NCBI RefSeq assembly: GCF_048593235.1
Contig: NC_133620.1
Coordinates: forward strand, 465,401,261 to 465,465,260
Reading direction: 5' to 3'
Length of the DNA: 64,000 bases
Origin: Sminthopsis crassicaudata
Taxonomy: Eukaryota
A program made the position numbers and the translations under genes. Below the pieces are notes generated by a model. That model saw only the letters and a list, made by a program, of their open reading frames with translations, did not search any database and had not been told where the DNA came from. Shown piece by piece: positions 54,308 through 64,000 of the stretch (positions are counted from its first letter, which is position 1; each line of letters starts with the position of its first letter).

Positions 54308-54693
54308 CCCACTCCTCGATGCAGACCTCCACGTGGACTCCTTGCGGGGCCCCGGCCCCCCCGCCCAAGGCTCCCAGAGCAGCTCTGCGCACCGAACGCT
54401 CCGCGGCTGCCCGTCCAGGTGACGGGTTCTGGCGGCCGCCCCCAGGATCCCACGATTCTCGCAATGTGGACCGTCCCCCGCCCGCCCAGGTCCCCCTCCT
54501 CCCGCCGGCCCTCTGGGGCTGCTCCTCATCCTTCGTGCCCCCCCATCCCAGCGGGGTCCGTCCTAGTCTAGGGGAGGTTTCCACCGGTGGCCGGGGTGAC
54601 GCGCCGTGTCTCCGCGGGGTTCCCCAGCCCCTCCTCCTCCCCACCCTGCGTGGGGCACGTGACAGCCCCCAGCCCCGCGCCCCCCGTACTCAC

Positions 54694-54930
54694 CGAGCGG
54701 CCGCCCCGCCCTCGGCTCCGGCTCGCTGCAGGCGGCGGCGGCGGCGGCAGCGGCCGGGGCGCGGCTCTGCTCTCCCCCCTCCCGCTCCCTGCCTCCTCTC
54801 CTCCTCCTCCTCCTCCTCCTCCTCCTCCTCCTCCTCCTCCTCCTCCCCTCTCCCTCTCTCTCTCTCTCTCTCCCTCCCGCTCCCGCCGCCTCCGCCGCCT
54901 CCCCCGCCCCCGACGCAGCCGCTACCAGGA
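54694..54930 (-). other. ORAI2: Probable ORAI2 non-coding exon 1, containing (GGA)n, (GA)n and (GCC)n runs
   Basis: Donor CG|GTGAGT at 54694/54693 inside the CpG island. The TSS position is approximate. Confidence 0.6.
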
Positions 54931-57280
54931 CAACGACGGCCGCGGTCACGTGGGGTGGTAGGCGGGGGGGGGGCGCCCCGGGAGTGAAAAGTGGTCACGT
55001 GGGGCCCGGGGCGGGGGCGGAGCCGCAGCCTGCAGGGGTAGCGCTGGAAGGGACTCGAAGCGCTCTGGGCGGACATCTGCGTGCGTGGGTGTGCTCGCGT
55101 GGGGTAATAAAGCCCTGGCTGCATTTGGGAGCTTTCTACGACCCCAGTTTGTCCCGTCCCTACTGTGTGCCAGGCCCTGCCTGGGGCAAGCGCTTCGCAG
55201 AGCTCCCCCTTGGTCCTGGCCTCTGCCCCAGAGACCCGAGCAGGAGGCCGGGTTCGAATACCCCTAGTTATGGGAATTACAGCGGGACCCACGTGCCTCG
55301 GTTTCCTCGCCTGTAAAATAAGAGTTCTGAGCTGCGGTCGATCTTCGGTGTCTGATCTCCCCACCCCCGCCCACTGATCGTGCCCCTCCCCCCCTTGCCC
55401 GGGATAAGCAATCGACGAACGACTTTTGCTGCCCAAGTCTTCTCCCACCCGGGCACCGCCCCCACCCCCCAAGCCCAAGCGGCCAGCCCGCAGAACGGAC
55501 CCCACGCCGCGGGGACCGACCTGGGCCCTCCGAGCGGGCTCGCTTCCCGAAGCCCCGCGACCTGGCCCTGAACGCCGCCCCAGGCTCCGCCCCCGGCTCC
55601 CCGGGGACACGACCCCAAGGATTTCCGCCGAGGGCAGATAGCCGAGATACAAAGTAGCCCTCGGGACCTAGTTTGGTAACGAGCTGCTCAACTGGTTACT
55701 GTCTCCGCTTCCTTCCCGGGCTCTGGGCTCCGGAGCTGATGGGCAGATAAGGCGGCGCGAATCGCGTGTCCGGCCAGGGCTCCCCAAGGAAAAAAAAACC
55801 CTCTCCATAGCCTGACAGTCCCCCTCCCCCTAAATCTCCCCTCCCCCGGCCTGGCTGTAAAACGCTTCAAAACCCGTCACTACAAACACGGGGTGCAAGA
55901 AGGAAGCCCGATTTCTCCGATGGCCACAGAGCCGGGCCCACAGTCAGAAACCCCCCGGCTCAAAAACGGCCCCACCCCTGGACGAGTCGTCGCCGAGGAT
56001 TCCTCCTCCGTAAAATGGGTTAATAATACCACATTCCTGAAAGGGCCGTGGGCGGGACCAAAGGAGGGAATATTCGCACCGAACCCAGCACATTTAAGTG
56101 CTTTTCCTCCTCCTCCCCCATTTCATATATTTAGTTTTTTAAATGATCAATAAAAACCATATTGACCGTACATCTGCTGCTGAAATGCACTTCTCAACCT
56201 GCAAAACCACGTGTCTCCACAATGCAGATCCAATAAAAGCCGCGTGCCTGATATTCTCTTCCCCCCTCCTTCCTCTTCCTCTCTTAATGTCTACACTGCA
56301 GACACCAGCTTATTATTAGCTTTCCCAAACCAAGAAGAAAGTCGCTATTCCTGTGTATTTTAAAATTTCTTAGTATACAATTTCCATTTAACAAGCAATT
56401 AATTAAGCGATCACAGTACGGGTCAAGTTTTGTGCTAGTGTTGGGGAGATTAAACTAATCCTGCTCTCCACGAGCTCCTATTTCGTAGGAAAGTAACGAT
56501 AAAAAAAAAGGTAGCTAGGTGTCGCTGTAGCGGACAGACCGGAGCTCGGAGGACGAGTTCCGATTCAGTCTCAGACTCTAACGGTGTGACTCTGGTCGAG
56601 TCATTTCACCCGGTCTGCCCATTTCCTCACCTGTCAAATGAGCTGGAGAAGGAAATGGCTAACTATTCCGGTATCGTTGCCAAGAAAACTCCCAATGGAG
56701 GTCACCCAGTCAAGACCCAACTAAAATGATTCCACGCCAAAATTGGAGAAAAGCAACAAGAAGAAATCATTTATCTGGGTTTGGATTTTCAGACATGCAC
56801 ACCCCACCTTTCTCAATGCAAGTTGCTTCGGCTCCTCTTGCTTCCTTCTTTTAATAAATATTCTTCAATTTTACACTGTGGTGTAAAATTCTTTTCAGGA
56901 AGGACGTGTGAATAATTCACTATTATTCACAGTGATGAATGTACAAGACCAGTCGACTAAAAAAAATGTATTTCTCCACCACCGACAGGGCTGGGCTGCC
57001 TGCCCTACATAAGTTGTCTTCCCTCCTTGCAAGAGCACTGCAATGTGACACATTTGTGGGAATTAAAGGAAATTTCCATTGGAGTGGATATCCGGCTGCA
57101 CCACAGTTGGTTGGGGAGATGGCTCGATTTCATTTCCACGGCCATCAGCACTCCTCCGGGAGCCTGACGGGGGTCACCCAAGCAGCACCAGGTCCTGCCT
57201 TCAAAAGCTGCGCCACTGGTTTCTCACCCAGCCTGAATGGCTTTGCTGTCTCCTCGGACAAAGGATCTGAGCCTACTAAA

Positions 57281-59795
57281 GGCAGAATTCCCTTCTCCCC
57301 TAACTGAAGGTGGGGTGTGGAAGCCAGAGAAAAGGGGGGCACCTAGAGTTCACATTGATGCTTTCATTTCAGGTCCTTTTCATATAGAAAAAGGAAAATA
57401 ATATGAGCTCACTGAAGGCAATTCCCCTCTTCCCTAACTGAAGGTGGGGTATGGAAGCCAGAGAAAGGAGGAAAAAAAACCCAGAATTCACATTGATGCT
57501 TTAACTTCAGGTCCTTTTCACATATAAAAAGGAAAATAATATGAGCTCACTGAAGGCAATTCCCCTCTTCCCTAACTGAAGGTGGGGTATGGAAGCCAGA
57601 GAAAGGAGGAAAAGAAACCCAGAATTCACATTGATGCTTTAACTTCAGGTCCTTTTCATATATAAAAAGGAAAATAATATTTATGAGCTCACTGAAGGCA
57701 ATTCCCTTCTCCTCTAACTGAAGGAGTATGGAAGCCAGAGAAAGGGGGGAAAAAAAAACCCAGAATTCACATTGATGCTTTAACTTCAGGTCCTTTTCAC
57801 ATATAAAAAGGAAAATAATATGAGCTCACTGAAGGCAATTCCCCTCTTCCCTAACTGAAGGTGGGGTATGGAAGCCAGAGAAAGGGAAAAAAAAAACCCC
57901 AGAATTCACATTGATGCTTTCACTTCAGGTCCTTTTCATATAGAAAAAGGAAAATAATATGAGCTCACTGAAGGCAATTCCCCTCTTCCCTAACTGAAGG
58001 TGGGGTATGGAAGCCAGAGAAAGGAGGAAAAAAAACCCAGAATTCACATTGATGCTTTAACTTCAGGTCCTTTTCATATATAAAAAGGAAAATAATATTT
58101 ATGAGCTCACTGAAGGCAATTCCCTTCTCCTCTAACTGAAGGAGTATGGAAGCCAGAGAAAGGGGGGAAAAAAAAACCCAGAATTCACATTGATGCTTTA
58201 ACTTCAGGTCCTTTTCACATATAAAAAGGAAAATAATATGAGCTCACTGAAGGCAATTCCCCTCTTCCCTAACTGAAGGTGGGGTATGGAAGCCAGAGAA
58301 AGGCAAAAAAAAAAAAAAAAAACCCAGAGTTCACATTGATGCTTTCACTTCAGGTCCTTTTCATATAGAAAAAGGAAAATATTTATGAGCTCACTGAAGG
58401 CAATTCCCCTCTCCTCTAACTGAAGGTGGGGCATAGAAGCCAGAGAAAGGAGGAAAAGAAACCCAGAATTCACATTGATGCTTTAACTTCAGGTCCTTTT
58501 CATATATAAAAAGGAAAATAATATTTATGAGCTCACTGAAGGCAATTCCCTTCTCCTCTAACTGAAGGAGTATGGAAGCCAGAGAAAGGGGGGAAAAAAA
58601 AACCCAGAATTCACATTGATGCTTTAACTTCAGGTCCTTTTCACATATAAAAAGGAAAATAATATGAGCTCACTGAAGGCAATTCCCCTCTTCCCTAACT
58701 GAAGGTGGGGTATGGAAGCCAGAGAAAGGGAAAAAAAAAACCCCAGAATTCACATTGATGCTTTCACTTCAGGTCCTTTTCATATAGAAAAAGGAAAATA
58801 TTTATGAGCTCACTGAAGGCAATTCCCCTCTCCTCTAACTGAAGGTGGGGCATAGAAGCCAGAGAAAGGAGGAAAAGAAACCCAGAATTCACATTGATGC
58901 TTTAACTTCAGGTCCTTTTCATATATAAAAAGGAAAATAATATTTATGAGCTCACTGAAGGCAATTCCCCTCTTCCCTAACTGAAGGTGGGGTATGGAAG
59001 CCAGAGAAAGGGGGAAAAAAAACCCAGAATTCACATTGATGCTTTAACTTCAGGTCCTTTTCACATATAAAAAGGAAAATAATATGAGCTCACTGAAGGC
59101 AATTCCCCTCTTCCCTAACTGAAGGTGGGGTATGGAAGCCAGAGAAAGGGAAAAAAAAAAACCCCAGAATTCACATTGATGCTTTCACTTCAGGTCCTTT
59201 TCATATAGAAAAAGGAAAATATTTATGAGCTCACTGAAGGCAATTCCCCTCTCCTCTAACTGAAGGTGGGGCATAGAAGCCAGAGAAAGGGGGAAAAAAA
59301 ACCCAGAATTCACATTGATGCTTTAACTTCAGGTCCTCTTCATATATAAAAAGGAAAATAATATTTATGAGCTCACTGAAGGCAATTCCCCTCTTCCCTA
59401 ACTGAAGGTGGGGTATGGAAGCCAGAGAAAGGGGGAAAAAAAAACCCAGAGTTCACATTGATGCTTTAACTTCAGGTCCTCTTCATATATAATAAGGAAA
59501 ATAATATTTATGAGCTCACTGAAGGCAATTCCCCTCTTCCCTAACTGAAGGTGGGGTATGGAAGCCAGAGAAAGGGGGAAAAAAAACCCAGAATTCACAT
59601 TGATGCTTTAACTTTAGCTCCTTTTCATATATAAAAAGGAAAATAATATTTATGAGCTCACTGAAGGCAATTCCCCTCTCCTCTAACTGAAGGTGGGGCA
59701 TAGAAGCCAGAGAAAGGGGAAAAAAACCCCAGGGTTCACATTGATGCATTAGCTTCAGGTCCTCTTCATATATAAAAAGGAAAAAGTAATATTTA
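57281..59795. repeat. ~140-bp tandem repeat array, 18 copies
   Basis: The ggcaattccc anchor recurs at 57281 (degenerate), 57417, 57555, 57697, 57834, 57973, 58115, 58252, 58399, 58541, 58678, 58818, 58960, 59098, 59239, 59381, 59524 and 59666. Confidence 0.97.
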
Positions 59796-62036
59796 TATAG
59801 TAAGTAGTCCTATAAAGTCACTGAATAGCAGGAAAACACTCGAATCACTGCCCTAGATTCATCTTGGCCTTAAAGTCACTTTAGCAAACATACACAATTT
59901 CATTTAAATGAAAACAGTCAGGGGAAATTAAAGCTGTATGATTAAGATGACTAATCTTGGCCTTAGAGGAACTTGGAGAAATTGATCTCCTTTATTTCTT
60001 TTAGAGGTAGAAGACTACAGATATGGCACGTTACGTACATTGTCAGACTTGGGGCTGTTCTGAGATTGGAAGGAGGGCATATCTGTAAATCACTGACGTA
60101 AAAACAAAAGGTATCCTTAAGAATAAAAAACTATGGGGTACTCGGATTCCTACTGCTGAAAATCTGAACTACTTCTGCCATTTAAACCTCTTTTCCCAGT
60201 GCAATCGAAAAGCTTTTTCATACTGTGCTCCCCTTATTTGATTTGCTTGAGGAAAATGAACTCCCAGATTAGTAGAGTCCAACTGCCTCCGTTGACATTT
60301 AAAACATTCATAACCTTTCTAGACAATTAAACTTTATTCCTCCCCCGTGAACGCTTCCTGCCAACCTGGCCAGCTGGTTGTCCTCCCACAGGCCCAGCTC
60401 TCTACTTTTAAGGGCCCCTAGTTCCCTCCATCCCCCAAGCCTTTGCAGATGCTGTTGGTGACTCTTCCCCACCCCCACCAAATTTTCTGACATTTATCTC
60501 TATTTTTGCCTGGGAACTCCCAGTACTTATAAATATTTGTAGATTTAGATAAAGTTAAAAGTATGAATTGGAGACAATAATGGGGAGAAGACTGGGTGGC
60601 CAAGGTGGGGGTCCATCCCAACCCTAAGATTCTGGGATTTTGTGAGTGTGGGCAGTCCCTCCACTTATTCAGATTGCACTCCTCCTAACAAGAGTTGTTT
60701 TGGCTGAAAAATTAATCACTTTGCAGATAAACTTATGAGCCTCTTAGAATGGAGCTAGGCTGGCCCTCAGATGACAGACAGTCTATTAATGGGCCTAACC
60801 CCAGCATTTCCAGCTTTCCTGGACCTGAAGGCGTAGCTTTCGAGAACCTGGAGTCTTTAGGGTCATCCTCCCCTAAAAATCTGCCCTGCCAGGTGCCCAG
60901 TGTTGATGTTTCCACTCGATATGTGTAAAGGGCTAGAACTGAGCAATGCACTTGGATAATGGAGCACGTGAGACTAATTGCCAATTGGATGGTTCCCTAT
61001 TAACTTGTTTGAAGGTTGACCCTCCCCAGCTGTTCTGGGCTGACTTGACTGGTGGGACAAAGAGGGGGAAGTGACTTGTGTGGGAGGAGTAAGAGAAACT
61101 TGGGTGGTGGAACTCACGCTCACTCGCACTCGTGACCTGGCATTGGAGGCGACGGTAAAGATCTAGAATAAAGACATTTAGTGATCCTGACTCCTGCTGA
61201 TTTCTGGGAAGATAGAGTTCCAGCAGATATGACTGGTGAGGTCTCCAGTTTCTGGGAAGCACAATAGCTGAGGGGGATGGGGACAGGGTGGTATTAGAAC
61301 TTCTGATTTAAAGCTATGGGGAAAGTTCAGAAATTGGACCCGGGGAAGCAGGCAATTTCTGGGCCCTGTATCTTGTCACCTCCTCCACTGGAGGTCCACA
61401 AGGAAGAGAGATGATTCTTTGGCAGAAAGAAAGAGGCCATGAAACAGGGGCTATATTAAAACTGTGGCTGAGCTCAAGGCAGCACCCTAACGTCCTGATC
61501 CCTAGTCAAGAACACTCCCCTCTGGACAGCCTTTTAACTCATTTCTGAGCCGTCAGACTTTTGGGGCAGCTGGGGGAGGGGAGAGGGCAAGATTTCAGCC
61601 CCTCCCGATCTAAGCTGTGTGGGAAGAGGAGGAGTTGATAGTGGTTTCCTCGAGTTAATAGTTAAGTAACATCGGAACAGATGGAGCCAATCTAAACGCC
61701 GCCTGGCCACATGTACACACTTTTCTAAACATCCATATTGAGCAAGGGATGGAAAAACAAATAGGGACTTCCTGTCCTAATGTAAAAAGGAACAATTGCT
61801 GTGCAAGTAAATGAGAAGTGGCGATCAGAGCATCGCAGAAGGCGGCGAGCACGTGAAGTCAGCTCCACTTCCTTCTATCAAGTTTCTCTGAACACATTTA
61901 ACCATATACGGGTACAAAGCAGCAGATCCCAGAGCCCCTCAATAAACTTCAAAATTGAGGACTCCAATGAGCTCTAGTTTATGCCAGTCTGAGCATTAGA
62001 ACTTAATATTTTAGAGTAATTAGAACGACAGCGTTG

Positions 62037-62154
62037 GGGGGCAGCTAGGCGTGCAGTAGAGCACCTGAAGTCAGGAGGACCTGAGTTCAAATCTGACCAC
62101 AGACCATTGCCTCAGCCAAAAAAAAAAAAAAAAAAAAGAAGGAAAGAAAAGAAA
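62037..62154 (+). mobile_element. Internally deleted WSINE1-like SINE with long A tail
   Basis: ggggcagctagg...gagttcaaatctg...ttgcctcagccA(n). TSD-like gacagcgtt (62027-62035) and gacagtgtt (62155-62163). Confidence 0.7.
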
Positions 62155-62492
62155 GACAGTGTTGACCTCATGGATCCCCCAGAAGTCTCAAGCATCTTGG
62201 ATATCCGCTGAGAATGGTCTGAAGGAAATGGCCCAATGAGGGGCATGAAAGAAATGGCCGTTGGCTCTGGATAGGTGGTTTCAGACTGGTCCTCCAGGCC
62301 TGGAGCAGAGGCCTTGTGGAAACTGAGCACAGTCGCCTTAGTGGGAAGAGACAGGATAGCTGCCCCCTTCTCCCCCTGACCTCCCCCCCCCCCCAAGCCA
62401 GAACACAATGTCAGAATCCTTAACCTCAGAACCAGGAAAGCAGCTGGGCCAAAGTAAAGCATAAAGAAACTCAAGCCTGGATGTTGTTTCTT

Positions 62493-62642
62493 CTTTTCTT
62501 TTTTTTTTTTTTGAGGCTGGGGTTAAGTGACTTGCCCAGGGTCACACAGCTAGGAAGTGTTAAGTGTCTGAGATCAGATTTGAACTCGGGTCCTCCTGAA
62601 TTCAAGGCTGGTGCTCTATCCACTGCACCACCTAGCATGCCC
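62493..62642 (-). mobile_element. WSINE1-like SINE with TSD
   Basis: Full reverse copy; TTGTTTCTT flanks both sides (~62484-62492 and 62643-62651). Confidence 0.82.
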
Positions 62643-63765
62643 TTGTTTCTTATTTTCAGTCTTAATTGTTTTAAATATCCGCTAAACTGCCAGTCGGCCA
62701 GTAGCAGCACACTGGGGTGCCAGCCTGGACCAAAAGAACCTTTGATGCTGGGGAAAAGCAGCAATAAATGGGGGGGGGCGATCTTTGCCCAGTGATCCCT
62801 TCTGCAAAAAGATCAGACTTTTGTGAACTGTTTTAGTTTAGAGGCAATTGTTTTAGTTTAGATGTTTAGTTTAGAATCACAAACAGGACTGGAGAGGGAT
62901 GGGCCTGGCCCCGGGCCAGGTCCTTTCTGGGTGCAGACAGGCCATAACCCAGACCTAATCACACCCAGAGTCTCCCAGCTGACACTATTCTAACTATTCT
63001 GGGGCAGAACTTCCTGATTAGGGCTCCTCCCTAGAGAGCAGGACCTCATTCGACAGCAATTCCCTTCAAGAGGCTGCGGACTTGAGCTTCCTTCAAAGGC
63101 AGAGTCCTTGGGTAACATTTTCCTGTCTGGCAAGGTCCTCTTTGGACAGGGAGCTTGTATTTGCATGACAGGTTCTTAAAGCAAAGTACTCAGGGCAACT
63201 GGAGTCCCACGACCAACTTCTTCTATGTAAAGCAGGTCTAAGATGATAATTTCTTGTTATTAGGCTAAGCAACAGAGCCCTGAATGTCATTCCAATACAT
63301 ACAGGTGATGCTTACTAAATGTTTGTTGACTGAGTGATGCTGGTTGGAAGAGTCTCTCAGAGGAGCACATAATGACCTTAGGTCAGTAAGGTCTGCAGCA
63401 GATGCACGAAAAACACTTTTTCATTCATTTTAAAGGGGAAAAACTCATGGAGAAGCAGAAGAAAGGAAACCGATCCCAAAATAGTCATGATAAGAGAAAG
63501 AGGAGTTTTAAAACTCGGGCCAGGGCATTTTGTAAAGTCCCAGAGTCAGCTGTTTTGGTTTCTTGGAAAAAGAACCAAAGCCAGGGATGCAAAAATAGGG
63601 GCAACATGGCGGGCATTGGTGGGGCCTGCCCACAAGTCCGCCCTTTTCTCCCACAGGCTGCTCCCTGGCCCAGCAGTTTCCAAATGGACTCTCTGGTTGC
63701 TCCCCTGGGCTGCTCTCTCCCTCTAGTCCTACTCTCTGGGTCCTTTACTCTTTGGGCTCCAGTCT

Positions 63766-63798
<33 letters not shown>

Positions 63799-64000
63799 TT
63801 CCCCTTGGGCCCAGCCAAAACTGTTGGGACTTGGTCCTTGCCTGCTAAGACAGGTGACCATCACACTGATCCAGATCTTTGTATGAATCCATTCTTTTCC
63901 TTCTACTCTCTTCTTTTTCCACTGGAAATCATTTTCTAAAAAGTTACCACAGCCCAACAGCCCTGGGATCTCCCATCCCCCAAGTTAGTCCTCCTGGATC

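Larger units (their letters stand above)
53500..56100. promoter_or_regulatory. ORAI2 CpG-island promoter region
   Basis: Dense CpG and GC boxes. GTCACGTG E-boxes at ~54655-54662 (reverse), 54945-54952 and 54994-55001. Confidence 0.8.

Noticed and set aside
57281-59795. CRISPR-like or snoRNA/miRNA cluster interpretation of the array
   Set aside because: Eukaryotic context; whole units are repeated with no unique spacers, no cas genes and no intact C/D or H/ACA boxes. The hairpin stems are too short for pre-miRNA.
59800-64000. Expected next syntenic gene PRKRIP1
   Set aside because: I could not find any PRKRIP1-like coding exon; it probably lies beyond the window.

Overview
Mammalian genomic DNA, not prokaryotic. 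It is most likely a dasyurid marsupial, inferred from WSINE1-like and Mar1-like SINEs and an OC1-like hAT MITE. The window is GC-rich, gene-dense and syntenic with human 7q22.1. I reconstructed five spliced genes by hand from GT-AG boundaries and reading-frame continuity: RASA4 (+, last 16 coding exons), POLR2J (+, complete, 117 aa), LRWD1 (-, complete, 15 exons, 692 aa), ALKBH4 (+, complete, 316 aa) and ORAI2 (-, complete CDS, 256 aa). LRWD1 and ALKBH4 share a bidirectional CpG-island promoter. There is one assembly gap (11416-11754). The best leads are: (1) a local duplicate of the POLR2J intron-1/exon-2 junction followed by an AATAAA-bearing minisatellite just downstream of RASA4; (2) an 18-copy ~140-bp array with trimeric higher-order structure upstream of ORAI2; (3) an ORAI2 5'UTR exon carrying an in-frame upstream ATG and an overlapping uORF; (4) candidate poison or cassette exons in POLR2J, LRWD1 and ORAI2; (5) a young L1 insertion with a perfect TSD. 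All functional interpretations are hypotheses, and no database searches were run. Most entries in the supplied ORF track are artefacts of GC-rich or low-complexity sequence.
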